From the NCBI GenBank assembly GCA_964016885.1, contig OZ024742.1:286502001-286566000 (forward strand): a stretch of DNA of 64,000 nt, read 5' to 3'. Both the position numbers and the translations under genes were made by a program. This DNA comes from Eledone cirrhosa. Its lineage: Eukaryota. The notes beneath the pieces are model-generated. The model did no database searches, was not told the origin of the DNA, and was given only the letters and a program-made list of their open reading frames with translations. Positions 38,394-53,467 of the stretch are shown piece after piece (position 1 is the stretch's first letter; each line of letters begins with the position of its first letter).

Positions 38394-39413
38394 AAAAAGT
38401 GTGAACGTTAGAAAACGTTCTATACAGATCACGTCACGTTGTATAAGGAAAATGATTTTTAAAATGGTTTGAGAAGCACACTTGGTTTATAACATGTGTA
38501 CAAAATTGATGTTAGCAAAGCCTGCTTTCTCTTGTTTTTGATTATCAAAACATTTGTTATTAGGATTAAATTGTTTTTTCATTAAAACTTCTGCATGCTG
38601 ATTTTCGACCACATTGGTTTGGGTCGCTTCTGTCCTTGCTAAAGGTAAAGGATACAAAGCCTTACATATACTCACAATTTACAATTACCTTATACGATTT
38701 TCCAAGAAAATAGCGGTACCCATATTTATATTTTATGGACAATCTCCACTATCCCTAATTTTAATAAGGAATTAAATGGAACAAATATTTCTTTAGAGAG
38801 TAAATGTATTTTTATCAAAAATCAAAGCCTGAAGACGGACGAAAAAAAAAACAAGACAAAAAGAACAGACGGAGATGCTTGCAATGAATCGAATCTCACT
38901 TTTCTCGTATGTCAGGAAGTCAATCAATCTTCTTTATATTGCTAGATACACGCATTAATCTTCTAAATAGACGGTGAGTCGCAAACAAGGTGTCCCTTTG
39001 GTTTAATGGTTAAAGGTGCTCGCCGGCACATGAGAGATGTGTTGTTCGATGTCTCATAGTCGCCTCTGTCCCCTTTTTCCGTCCCCAGGAGTACTTTGCG
39101 TGATTTATTCAACTATTACTTAAAATTATCTGCATTGTAGAGAATATATTTTCAGATTTCTCACTTCTTCATAAATCAACTGGTATTTGTCTTGAATATA
39201 ATATTTTTAAAAGACACCTTTCAAGTACTGTGGTGTCTTAAACAATCACTTCAATATATATGCGTATGTGTATGTGTGCATGTATGTATATATATATACA
39301 TATATGTACATAAATATATATATATGTGTGTGTGTTGGTTAGAAATATCCAAGGTGAAGAGCACGCAGTCCATAGGACGAGTTTAGTATATATAATGACA
39401 ACAGTGACATAAG

Positions 39414-39461
39414 CAGGTACTTTAATTTCGTTGGGTTCCGGACCCCAACTCATTCAGCCTG
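39414..39461 (-). ncRNA. Hammerhead variant with a one-nucleotide core insertion
   Basis: Minus strand: CAGG-CTGAATGA-GTTGGG-GTCCGGAA-CCCAAC-GAAA-TTAAAG-TA-CCTG, in a microsatellite-flanked island. Confidence 0.7.
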
Positions 39462-39489
39462 TCATAAAAATGAGTTTATGTTACTGTTG

Positions 39490-40039
<550 letters not shown>

Positions 40040-40297
40040 CTTCATGTCTTTATATTCTGTATAATGTCCTTTAAAGTAGATTAATTAAGACTATGTTAAT
40101 AACATCTTTTACAATCTTTCTTTTGTGTTCTATTCTTTTCTTCTTTATATTTTCCTCTCGGTTGCTATGGATGTCATCATTAGATTGTTTTAATCTGACA
40201 TTCTCTGAAATATTGGTAAACGGTCAAATGAAAACTGTACTTCATAGTTCTCAACAGCTCATTGCATTTACAAGAGTCGACTAAGAACTGTAATGTA

Positions 40298-40633
40298 AAC
40301 AGCAACAGCAACAGCAACAACAAGAGTAACGACAACAACAACAACAATAACAAGAGCTACAACAACAACAACAAGAGCTACAACGACAACAGCAACAACA
40401 AGAACAACGACAACGACAACAACAACAAGAGCTACAACAAGATCAACGACAACAACAACAACAAGATCAACGACGACAACAACAACAACTACAACAGCAA
40501 CAACAACAACACAAAAGTATATTAAACAGCTAACATAAGAGAATGAGGCTGCAGAGGAATATGAAAGGCTTCAAATAAATCAAAACGATGATGATGATGA
40601 TGATGATGATGATGTTGATGATAATGATGTTGA
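40298..40633. repeat. (CAA)n and (GAT)n trinucleotide repeats
   Basis: Visible. Confidence 0.9.
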
Positions 40634-40754
40634 TGATGATGTTGATGATGATGCATGGAATCTATTTCTCCATCTTCTAAACATTTTGTCGTCTACAATG
40701 AAGCCATTTTTTGTTTTTGCTTTTTGTTGTTCATTGCTCACATTATTATGTGGA

Positions 40755-40984
40755 TTGACAGAATTGGTAGAGCGTCGGATAACATGCTTTGTGACATAGA
40801 GTTGTGGCCCTTTGTGTTATGACTTCAAATCCCGCCAAGGTTAACTTTACCTTTCATCCTTACGAGACCGATAAAATAAAACACCAGTAACGTACTGGGG
40901 TCTATTTAATCGACTTTCCCCGGCCCCCAAAATTGCTGGCCTTATGCCTATACTAGAAATCATTATTATTATTATTATTATTAC
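40755..40984 (+). mobile_element. tRNA-derived SINE with (TTA)n tail
   Basis: GACTTCAAATCCC, CCTTTCATCCTT, GGCCTTATGCCTA, ATTATT tail. Confidence 0.85.
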
Positions 40985-41392
40985 TCCTGTCACACAGTGT
41001 AGATGGAAAATGAACCGGAGTATTTAGTCATCTATCAAGTCATAACAAGGATCTCAGACAGATAATACTTTCCTTAAACTGTTCACAGGACCTAGCAAGG
41101 CTGATTTTTGTATGACACCAATCTTGCATGGTATTCCCAACTGTTTTAAGAAGTCAACCCTAAGGCCCCGATCACAACTGGTATCACTTTCACATTACCC
41201 CCCTCGTATTCCAAACAGTCTTGCAATTTCCACTTTCAGATCAGAATGCTCGCAATATTCGTGTCATTTGGTATAGCCAGATCGATGATCAGACAGTATT
41301 TATCTTTCTTGTTCAACACCACAATGTCCAGTCAGTGATGCTCAATTACTCTCAGTTTGGATATCATAATCCCAGAATATTGTTACTTTCCT
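40985..41392 (-). mobile_element. Degraded 3' end of a Dong/R4-like LINE ending in (TAA)n
   Basis: Minus-strand peptides IFWDYDIQT, DIVVLNKKDKYCLIIDLAIPNDTNI, DLKVEIARL, VKVIPVVIGALG, IQKSALLG. Confidence 0.8.
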
Positions 41393-41547
41393 AGCTTTTT
41401 GCTTTACTTAACAAGGCAGAAGTTCATACCAATTCTCTATTACTACGGATCGGTATTTACGACAGCCAACGAAGGTACAGACTTTATCATGGCGGCGCTT
41501 GTATTCTTTTTTGTGCAAGGCTCTCCCATCCACTATTATTATTGGAT

Positions 41548-41772
41548 TGGCAGTATCGGTAGAGCGTCGGACACCGTGCTTTGCGCCCTTTTACGTTCCG
41601 AGTTCAAATCGGACGCCATGCTTTGTGGCATAGATTTACACCTTTTACGTTCTGAGTTCAAATCCCGCCTAGGTTAGCTTTGCCTTTCATCCTTACGGGG
41701 TCGATTTAATACACTTCCCCTCTTGCAAAAAGTGCTGTCCTTGTGCCTAAATCAGAAGCCATTATTATTATT
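41548..41772 (+). mobile_element. SINE with duplicated head
   Basis: cggac.cc.tgctttg..ccttttacgttc.gagttcaaatc occurs twice. Confidence 0.8.
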
Positions 41773-42500
41773 AGCCCTATTTTTATCGAGGTTCACCACT
41801 GCATTACCGAGCACAGCTCTGATCGCATTGGTATATAACAATTTTGACTCTTTTGCATTAAAAGCACTCTATCTAACACATTTGTTAATCCGCAGATTTC
41901 AATTTTTTTTTTTTTTTTTTATACCATTCCAAGAATACTGGCTTCATCATCCACATTCAGGTTATTTCTATCTCTAGATCCTTATACTTGGATTATTATT
42001 ATCATTGACACGCCTCGGCTCTCTGCGGTCAATTTCACTGAGGTTAGCTTTGTCTGACACCCGTTTTAGGTGGTGTGGTGTACGATTTGAGCTAGAAATG
42101 ACATTTCTTGTAAGTCGAACGACTAGTGAGTCTCATGATAATATTTTGAAATGCTGACCAGTTCATTTGGTTTCTGACAGAACACTTCCTCAGTCCACCT
42201 GGCCGTTAATAAGTTGTCCATTTCATTTGATTTCTGAACAGAACATTTCATCAGTCCACCTGGCCGTTAATAAGTACCAACCAGATTAATCTAGTATCAG
42301 TTTCAGACTACAACCCGCCACTGTTTCTATTCCTTTGTAAGTGTGTATGGACATGTAACTACTGATGGAGACGTATGGGTGCCATCTTCGGTATTTTTTT
42401 AAAAAAGCCCATCGGAGCCCTCTCACTTTCCACGACTGAAAATAGCCGAACTCTTCCAGATAAAGATAGAGAAGGAAAAAAGAAAGAGATATAGAGAGAG

Positions 42501-42535
<35 letters not shown>

Positions 42536-43039
42536 GATCCCATTACTTGACTGGTATTTTTCTTAATCGATCTAAAAATAATAAAATTTCATGCCTTTAC
42601 TTTATTAATTTTGTTGTATGTTATCATACATGTGTGTGTGTGTGTGTTTCGATTCCCAGTTGAAAACCCTTCAATAGTTGTAGGAAGAGTCGGTTACTAA
42701 AGTGGTGTTATCTCTGCTGTAATAAGGAATATTGTTGGGAAATGTACAAACATCGAATGAATGAACTTGGTACATGATAATTGGCGATTATTTTGTCGAC
42801 TACAACGAGAGGAGGAAAGGTGTAAGATAAGTCCGTTAGGACGCCAGACAAAATCGATAATCGATCTCGAGTTGAATTGAATTAAGATAGAGGGATGAAA
42901 CAAATTGTTATTTCTTTAGCTCACCAGTTCATAACAAGCCAATCGTATCTCACTTCCAGTATCAAATAAATTCTACATATTTTAATTACCTTTTCCTTTT
43001 AAAAAAATGTACCCCTGTGCAAGATTTCAGTTATACGTA

Positions 43040-43845
43040 TCATCCCATAATTCTTAGGGGCGCTGTATTAACATATGGCGTTTCTAGGGCATTTAAAAAC
43101 CTAGTGGAGTCCATCTCTCCAGAGAATGATAGAGAGTAAGACAATGGAAATGATAAAGAGATATAGAGGAAGAATCGACCCTAGTACTTTTTTTTATCCA
43201 CATCGAATGGGTGAAAGACAAAGTTAACCTCAGTGAGATTTGAACTCAGAGCAGAAAGCCGGAACGAATACCACAAAGCATTCTCTCCGACGTTCTATCG
43301 ACTCTGACAATTCGCCACCTTAAGGTTTTAGTTACCTAGGTGAAAAACCCTGGTCAATAAATTCATTTTATACATCAAAATAATTTTTCCTGTGATACTT
43401 GCATATATCTATGAACCGATAACTCCGGATGAAATCGAAGGGGCACCATAGTGCAACATGGCATGTGTTGAGCACTTTAAACCTAAAGAAGAGTGACAAA
43501 AAAAGATCCATTGGGCTGGATTGATACTTATTTTATTGACCTGAAAAGGATTAAAAGCAAAGGACGGAATGAATACCGCAAGGTATTCTATCCGACGTTC
43601 TAACGGCTCTACAGATTGGCAGTCTTTATATTTGTGTAGAAATAGAGAATCTGTTGTACCATTAATCGATAGGATTTGCAGCAGTTTCTTTTCCTTTTCT
43701 TCTTAAAAAATTCCAGCAGTACTGGACTAGTACTTTTATTGACCTCGAAAGGGTGAAAAGCATAGTTAACTTGTGCGGGATTTAACCTGAGTGTAGAGAG
43801 CCAGAACGAATACTGCAAAGCATTCTGTCTGACATTCTGGCAATA
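43040..43845 (-). mobile_element. Cluster of three SINE copies (the first is the composite type)
   Basis: Repeated gaatac..caaagcattct..ccgacgttct motifs. Confidence 0.75.
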
Positions 43846-44087
43846 ATTTTCCGCTTTCTCCTGGAATTTACCTTTTCAAACTTCCCATACGAAACACGTT
43901 TAGTTAGTTTGCCGGTAACAATGTGGCTCATCTTCATCTGCAGTAACAAGATGTTGCTGTATGTTTTTCTTCGGTATTTGTTTCTATTGATAGATGTCTC
44001 CAGTCTCTGAGATAACAGGTGAACTATTGGAGCGACAGAGCAGCCAACTGCAAGATGGCACGACATATCTTGTAAATTCATGTGTGA

Positions 44088-44125
<38 letters not shown>

Positions 44126-44283
44126 GAGCGCTCTATCTCAAAATTATTTTTGAAAATCATTAGAAATGCGCAACCGGTAAAAACTTAAAACTAAATACTA
44201 ACCAATACTTATTCCTAATTAAACTATTTTTCACTGGGAAAAATCTGTCAGCATTTTCTTTTCCTTTTTACTAATATATATAT

Positions 44284-44453
44284 AGCAAAAGATATGACCC
44301 CGACGGCAGAGCTCAAGCCGTTTCGACGGCTATTTCTAGACTAGAAATAGCCGTCGGGGTCATATCTTTTCCTATTACCCACTCTACTACCGTAAGTATT
44401 GAGTACTCTGGTCCGTTATGGTCCATCTGGTTCCTTACCACAATTCCTTCGTT
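44284..44453. mobile_element. Family B element with fold-back centred on a perfect 15-bp hairpin
   Basis: GACGGCTATTTCTAG-A-CTAGAAATAGCCGTC, flanked by inverted aaaagatatgacccc/ggggtcatatctttt. Confidence 0.75.
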
Positions 44454-44604
44454 ATATATATATATATGCATATGTATATATACATACAGTGTATTTATAT
44501 GCATTTCCACGTTCGACCTCCAAATTAGAGTTCTCAACTAACTAACTAACTATATATAACCTTCATATTAACAGTGTGTGTGTGCGTGTGCGTGTGCGCG
44601 CGCG

Positions 44605-44635
<31 letters not shown>

Positions 44636-46226
44636 CCATTTACTACAAATTTAACTAATTTGAAGTGTGTAAAATTCCTTTGTGTTTCACAATCCAGTTT
44701 AATATAGTAGTAGGTGTAACAGTGAACTACATATAAGTATTATTCTTAGAGAATCTGACTTCTGGGAGTTGGTCTCTGCGGTGATGTAGATCTGAGCTCG
44801 TAAAACGCCAATAAAAAAGCGAAGCAAAACGAAACAAAACATAACAGAAAAATAAGGAAGTCAACTCAAATATTTCAAGTTTCAACAATTTTATTTAATC
44901 TTTTTCGTACTCTTTTTTTTTTTGTCTTTTCAATCTTTTACAGAAATTTCGTGGAGTTACCACGATTTTGCATTGAAAGTGCATAGTTTTCATATGGGGG
45001 CAGGGATTCCTTGCATTCTAGCAGACACACACAATACATACGACACATATTGATATGTATATATGCATGTTTATGTGCTACATTTTTTATGTTACACATA
45101 TGCAAACGCATATATATATATGATACAATTTTTATATATGTCACTTATATAATATATACATGTATGTGTATGTGGCACATTTTTATATATGCCACATACA
45201 CATACACACACGCATATATATATATAACCACACACACACATTTATATACAGGTGTATTAAATCATCATTTGTTGAAAATACAATCACATTCCATGAACAA
45301 ATCACACCAATAATTTAAGAAGGCGAAGGAAAAACACCGACGTGTTCCCTTTTTTATTAACATATTCTTTGTTTTTTCCTTTCTCCTCATTCCCTTTGCT
45401 CATTCACTTTATTTACAATAAAAGCTTGCTCAAGCATATACAGAGAAGCTCTGTATTACACACATCTCAAATTCCTCAATATCATCACAGCTCGGCAGAG
45501 GGCACTGATGTAGCTTGAAAACTATATCAGACCAAATGATTGGGTAAATGAAAAATGAAATATGGAGGGAAATAAAAATTAATATACGGAGAATATGTTT
45601 GGTTTAATTAGATTATCAGGGATTCTTTTTTAGGGGGACGATGGGGATAAAATTGAAGCGTTCTGTTTGTAATCTAAGTATTATTAAATCATTATGCTAT
45701 CATCATCATCATCAATTTTATTATAAACAGTGCAAACAAAAACGGAGGAGCTAAAGAAAGGTTTTATTCTAAAGCTTCACACTTTTAGAGTGTTAGTTCA
45801 AAATCAAAGCCCTTTTTTTTCATTTTACTCCACATATACATACACTTATTTGTATGTTTCTCTACAATTTATCTATCTATTACACATACATACACACAAA
45901 CACACTCACATAAGACTTTCATAACAAGGAAAAAAATTAGAACACAGCTGACTCATAAATTGTGAGACAAGCCTTGTCTGTGAGGATGAGGGGAAATGTG
46001 TGTGTGTATGTGAGTGTGTTATTAAATAATTCCTTAATGGCTGTGGAAGCCCTCATCCACCACTTACACATTTTGTCTTCGCAATCTTACAGAACTCTCA
46101 GTAACATACATTCTTTAAACTATCTAATCATTGTTGCGATATATAATATATGATGAAAAACAATTTTTTAATGTGTTTATAAACTAAGTCAGCCCCTATA
46201 ATAGACCGATATATATATAGAGAGAG

Positions 46227-46278
<52 letters not shown>

Positions 46279-46543
46279 GTCATCTCTAATATTCGTAAGT
46301 AGTAAAAAACGTGAAGACACCAATTTCCTCATCCCTGAGAAATTTTAAGTTATTTTTCAGCTTCAGACATAATATAGTGTTACATCGTTTTTTCTTTTAA
46401 AACATAAAAAAACGAATTTACCATGTGGAGCTTGTACTATATGGTAGTGAGGGAATAATGTCGACTGCTTCCTCTCGCAGACTCACAGCATCATCGCCCA
46501 CCATGACTAACTAGCACTACCATTAATATATGTTTGTGTATAG

Positions 46544-46591
<48 letters not shown>

Positions 46592-47018
46592 GTGTGTACG
46601 TATATACAGCGACCACCACCAAACATGCTATAACTAGATCGACATGTAAGTAATAAATAATAGGCCTATCTGTGTGTGTATGTCTGTGCCAGTGACTATG
46701 TGAAAGGGTGTATGTGTGCGTATGTGCGTGCGCCATGTCTGCAGAAGCCCCTTTCCAACCCTAAACCGGAGTCACGAGGAAACCGAAAAATCGATATATC
46801 AGCAGTTGCTAGGCAACCACAGCACACTGACAATCATCATTATCAAAACGACAGCAGCAGCAACAGCAGCAGTAACAACGGCAGCCATTGCTCACAACCA
46901 GCGAGTATATTCGCGCCAGAATAATAACTTTTACTATATATGGCAATTGGTGCGTTAACTACCTTCTCATGTTGAAGTGCTTATTTACTTAAGCACTACT
47001 CACACACAGATGTATGTA

Positions 47019-47065
<47 letters not shown>

Positions 47066-47377
47066 CTGTGCCATAATTCTGATTCCAACTGCTGCTGTTA
47101 CTACTAGAAAAAATTATGTTTGAAATATAGTAGATGTAAAGAAAAGACAACTGATAGCTGATGTCTAGAAGCATGTCTGTCTAGCCACACACACAGACAC
47201 ATATACACACCAGACTCTTGTTCAGATAATAGATTATTTAATTATATATATATATTAGCCAATAAAGTATATTCATTAAACCAAACATTTTTTTTTTTTT
47301 TAATAAATTGAACGATATGCTTTTAATATATTTATATATATACCCGCCGCACATACGTAATATGTGTAATGTATTTG

Positions 47378-47419
<42 letters not shown>

Positions 47420-47566
47420 TATAAGAGTATAACACAAATAATATATAGATGTAAAACAATAACAAACCGAGAACAATATTAATAAAACAAATATTTTACA
47501 ACCATGAGCTGTGATGACAAGTTAAGTCTTTGTGATTGTATCACTTTACACTGTCTCAACTTACTT

Positions 47567-48548
47567 GTGTATATACATACATATACATACACATACATAT
47601 ATATACATACATGTATACATATATATACATACATACATACACATATACACATACATATATATACATACATACATACATATACATATATACATACATATAT
47701 ATACATACATACATATACATATACATATATATACATACATACACATATATATACATACATACATATACATATATATACATACATACATATACATATATAT
47801 ACATACATACATACACATATATATACATACATACATATACATACATATATACATACATATATATATACATACATATATACATATATACATACATATATAT
47901 ATACATACATATATACATATATACATACATATATACATACATATATACATACATATATACATACATATATACATACATATATACATACATATATACATAC
48001 ATATATACATACATATATACATACATATATACATACATATATACATACATACATATATACATACATATATACATACATACATACATATATACATACATAC
48101 ATATATACATACATATACATACATATATATATACATATATATATATACATATACATACATACATATACATACATATATATATACATATATATATATACAT
48201 ATACATACATACATACATATACATACATATATATATACATATACATACATACATATATATATACATACACATACATATATATATATATATACATACATAT
48301 ACATATATACATATACATACATATACATATATACATATACATACATATATATATATACATACATATATATATATACATACATATATATATATATACATAC
48401 ATATACATATATACATATACATATACATATATATATACATATACATATACATACACATATATACACATATATATACATATACATACATGTGTATATACAC
48501 ACACATATATATACATATACATATATGTGTATATATACATATACACAC
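47567..48548. repeat. ~1-kb (TACA)n/(TA)n compound microsatellite
   Basis: Visible; source of six spurious ORFs. Confidence 0.97.
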
Positions 48549-49859
48549 AAGCACATATTCTCAAATAATAATTTAAATGACATTTTTGTCCATTCACTCA
48601 TATATACACCACAGTTAAAGGATGTTTTGGTCCCAATTTTTACAATGAATTCAATATAATTATGTTGTTATTTTTTCTTTATGTAATTTTCCTCTCCTTT
48701 TATATTATCATAACATTTTTTTTTCTTTCTTAAAATTCTTTTACAAGAATTTCATGAACTGGAAGAGCAAGAGAGAGATTGGAGTGATGTGGTGGGACAG
48801 GGCGAAATGTGTAATGAAAAATATACAAAGCATCGTATTTTATCTTAAGATGAAACAAGATTAAAAAGAAAATGAAAGAGCAAAAATTAATGATCTATAT
48901 ATATGTATAATATAATATAATATATATATATGTAAAAAGAAACATAATATATATATTTTCTTTATAATATGGCGGACAACAATGTTAACACTGACATATG
49001 TAATATATAAAACTGTCAGATTAGGATGATGAAAAAAAAAAAGTAATATTAATGCTGCGACATAAGAAAATTTGGAGCGTGGAAGCAGCTTTGGAAATGT
49101 TTATTAGACTTAGAAAATAATGAATTTAAAAAGAAAATGAAGAAAATGATGGAATGATATCTGAATGTAAGGCGGAACTTTTTATTATTAATTACGGACA
49201 GAAAAATTGTTTAGCTGTCAAGCTTTTTTGTTTTAATTTCATTTTGTCAAAAAGGACAAAATTTTAGGCCGAAAATGTGCGTAAAGTTCTATATGATACG
49301 TCACCAAGATTTAAAAAGAAAATGTCTGACATGTAAATGGGTGACAGTTCCAAAGGCATGTCCGAGTATTCAGAACTAGCACCAAACTACCGTTGGAACA
49401 TTCATCATCAATCTCATCAGTTTTAATTAAAAGCCCAGGTTTAATTTGGGATGGGGTGGTGAGTATGAGTGTGTATGCGTGTGTGAATTTAATTTAATTC
49501 TCGATAAGATTGTTCGAGAAACCGCCAAAAAATTTGGAATTATATGAAGATTGTCAAAGCTTTTTTAAAAGAGGGGGACACAGGACTGGAAGAATTCAGC
49601 AGTTGGCTGGTTCTATGAAAAAAATCTCTCTCTGCCAAAAAAAAAAGAAAAAAAAAAAAATGTTGATCCATGGGTGAAATATAATGAAGCTAAACTAGAC
49701 GAGCAAAGCTTAAAATGTTGAGCGAGTCTTTGATCAGAGAAATTATATTAGCTGCGTGCGTCTGACCACCAATGAAATTTAGCTAAGCTGAGTGAGTCTC
49801 TGACGAGTGAAATCACTACTAGAACTAAAAGACACCCCTTGGACAAGAAACCGGTCGAA

Positions 49860-50035
49860 CCCAGGGTTAAATCCCCAGCTATTGCTGCTGGTACTCATTT
49901 TCAGCTGAGTATACTGGAGCAACGTGAAATGAAATGTTTTGCTCAAGAACACAACACACAACCCAGTCCCGGAATCAAACTCACGACATTATGATCGTAA
50001 ATCCAACACCCTTACTACTAGGCTACGCACCTTCA
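49860..50035 (-). mobile_element. tRNA-derived SINE
   Basis: Homologous to 16280-16537. Confidence 0.85.
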
Positions 50036-52199
50036 CTGGGACTGATCAGCAGTAAAAACAGCCTGTGTAATCGAACTTATTCTTAGGAATCATTTTTAAT
50101 CCCTCATTCCCACTGAAAATATTATATATCAATAGCAGTGTAAGCCAGTTGTCCTAGCTCATTAATTCAATATGATTATTCAGTCGAAAAATTAATGAAT
50201 TTGATGGTAACAAGTCAGATCAACACACAACTAAACCTGTCAGCTAATGCATGTTTTTAATCTTAAAAAAAAAAAATTGAATTAGCTTAACTAAAACCTG
50301 AAACCTAACAGTAAGTAATGCTGGCCATTTGAGAACAGCATAGGATACCAAATAATATAGAATAGAGCTCAGTAGTTCAGTAGTTAAATTGCTTCCTTGA
50401 AATTGAAAGCATTTTAGCAACAGAAATAGAAGTGTATATATAGTTTATATAATATATATATTATGTAATATATATATGTAAGAAATACGTGTAACACTTT
50501 CTCTTTGAAGAGAACCAAATGTGATACTCTCATACAAACCCACACATACTACATAAGACTTCCCAAAGCAGCCAGATGCGTACACTCACTGTTGTTAAAG
50601 AACACAGTGTAAGAGATAGGAAGGGAGGGAGTTAGATGCATTTATAGCAATAACTGCACTTGTGATTTAGAGAGGAGGTATAAGGGGGGGAGGTTATACG
50701 TACACCCACTCCTCCTACACACAAAACTCCAGAAATTATCTCCCTTTGTTACTGGATTACTCAATATATTGTTGTTTTGTTTGTTTTATGTATTTTCCAA
50801 CCTTCTGAAGCCAAACATTAATATTGAAATAATTCTTTCCCTATAGATAGAAGGGGAGATAATTACTATTTGATATTGGCTAAAAGGGTTGGAAAACCGT
50901 TTAAAGCTAAAATTGTTGAACCGATATTGAGCCTGTAATTGGATAACTCCCAACGTAAACGAATTTGTATTATATAAAACTTCATTCTCACGCTAAAAGT
51001 AGTAGTGGTGTTCTTTTCTTATGCTTTGAATGGCTGAGCTCTTTAGGGGTTCACCCCCTTCTCTTTTTTCTCTCCTCTTCCTTCTTTTGCTCTTCAAAAG
51101 AGTAAAAAAATGTCGGTATGAAACCGTTGTACGAGTCTGAAAAGCCAACAGAGGACGAGGACCTAAACAACAGAAGGCAGTGAGGTATAATTTGTACAAA
51201 TAAGAAGATTCTATAAAAATATATATTGATAAATATACAATCTAGAACAGTTTATAGTTCCATTTCCTCGTATCAAAATGAAAAAAAAAATAGGGGGACT
51301 GGGAAAATCGCAAACCCTTCAACAAAGAGGCGGTGGAAGTATTTCATGATCCAGAAAAGAATCCCATATCTCCAAACCCATCCTTATCCCATGAATGAAA
51401 AATAACTTTTAAAAAAAAAAATAGGAAAAAATCTTGTCTGACCCCAAAAGATTTTTTGTTTTATTATTCTTTTTACTTCAGTATGACCAAAAATCTTTTG
51501 AAGAGACATTTTTTTAGTTCCATTCCCAAACTACAAACTAAGATTACTAGAAGCACCGGCAAAATATCCAACTCCCGCTTGGAGGGGAAAAGAGATTTAA
51601 CAAGCATATTATTATTATTAGTAGTAGTAATATAGTAATAATATATAAATTGAAATGTCAATAGAAAGCCTTAAATTCAGGATTGATTGTCACAATAATT
51701 GACCTACAAGGCAAAAAGAGCCGTCAAATTTTGGTTGACTTCAGGTCAAAATGTGACCGTCAGAAGATTATCAGTCAACAGTATAAGTTGGTTGGTTGCA
51801 GCAAGCAGAATCAAGGACTCACAAAGTTTTACTGCCAAAATTCTGCTGCATTAATTATTTAATTCAGGAATATATATATATATAAAAAAAAAGAAGGATT
51901 AATAACCTTGAACATAACTTCTATATCTCTGCTCATCTTACTTTTTATATATAAAACCACCAATTTCTTTTACGATAACTAACTTCTCCGTCAGGAAATA
52001 GCTATGGCATATATAGCTCTTCGTTAAACATAGGAAGGAATTTTACTAATGCAGATAAAAAAAAAAAACGATAAGACATTTTTAAAAAAATGTAGCGAAA
52101 AGCGGAATTCAAATTTGCTTCTTCATAAGAGAGAAAAATATAATTTTTTGTTATCACATTCCAAGATAATTGATGATGTGAATGGACATAAGTAATAAT

Positions 52200-52248
52200 T
52201 GTTTCTACTTTAGGCACAAGGCCAGCAATTACCTAGTACATTACTGGT
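52200..52248 (-). mobile_element. 5'-truncated 49-bp SINE insertion with 14-bp TSD
   Basis: ACATAAGTAATAAT duplicated at 52186-52199 and 52249-52262; insert nearly identical to 11086-11134. Confidence 0.8.
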
Positions 52249-52375
52249 ACATAAGTAATAATAATTGTAATTACGAACGATAATGATAAAGTAAATTTTG
52301 AAGAAAAAGAAATTAATTTAAATTATATCAAATCTAATATTTTCTTAGATCGATTTGGCGCCTAAAGTCTTCAGG

Positions 52376-52420
<45 letters not shown>

Positions 52421-53176
52421 GCCAATAGGATTTGTTACATTCATGCTTTTACTCTTAAAGAGAGCATATAGCAAGCAGCATAATTCCATCTCAATTGGAA
52501 CTGATGAACGAAACCGGGTCAGTAGTGACTCAGCCTACAAGGGATTGTAGTAGTTAATTAATACACTATTATTATAATTATAATTATGCAATTTTTAATT
52601 TGCTGCATTTTTGAAGAGAGTGCGGGTGTGCTTATTTTAGGAGGGGTTTGGTGTTGTGGGGTGGGGGAGAGATAAGCAAGTTAACTTTTTTTTAATATAT
52701 AAATGGGATTTAAATAAGTGAAATATATTTTAAGGAAAGGAAGATATTTATAACAACAATAACAATTATATTGATGTTAAATTTTGTGGATGGCGAACGA
52801 TTGTGATGAGCAAGTGATGACGTTTTGACAACGAATGAGAGCTGTGATAATGATGAGTGGTGATGAAAATGATGATGATAACGATGGTGGATGAAAGTGA
52901 GATGTATTTTGAAAACTTGACACAAAATTAAAATTCAAAATATCAACATCATTTATATATGTTAGGGAAAAAAAAAAAAAAAAAAAAAAAAAATCATTAT
53001 CAATATTATTATCATTATTTTCTTATGATACATCAAATTTCTTCTGACTAGACATAGTAGTCGATGCAGTGTATTACTGGTACTTGTGTGTGTAAACCAC
53101 AAACACTTCGGTCCTCGCCCCAAAAGATTTTTTTTTTCTTTAGACGTGTATAGAATGCCGAAACTCGATCTACTAA

Positions 53177-53234
<58 letters not shown>

Positions 53235-53434
53235 TTTCTTAATTACTTTTATATTATGTTGACTGATGTTATGAGTTAAAAACTAAATAAATTAAATGTA
53301 GTTTACAGCTCAAAAAAAAATGAGAATTGTTTCATAAATATATTTCAATGATTGATAATAATAATAATGATAATTGTAATTAATGATTATCAGCCTTATA
53401 TAACAATGATCAACAAAATGTGTGTGTGTGTATA

Positions 53435-53467
<33 letters not shown>

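Noticed and set aside
38487-38675. 62-aa ORF as a transposase fragment or exon
   Set aside because: Only a vague resemblance; no diagnostic motif or splice support.
38828-38850. CTGAAGACGGACGAAA (and CTGACGAGTGAAA at ~49800) as hammerheads
   Set aside because: Stem II cannot form and there is no helix I or III.
38990-39065. tRNA gene
   Set aside because: It has A/B-box-like motifs but no convincing cloverleaf; more likely a decayed SINE head.
45492-45507. CTCF-like motif TCGGCAGAGGGCAC
   Set aside because: Partial match to a short degenerate motif; not supportable without binding data.
47479-48659. Six overlapping 330-375-aa ORFs, and all other YI/CV/HT/poly-T/poly-V ORFs in the track
   Set aside because: These are translations of microsatellites.
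52497-52525. CTGATGA-AC-GAAA-CCGGG-TC as a hammerhead
   Set aside because: No stem II and no helix I pairing.
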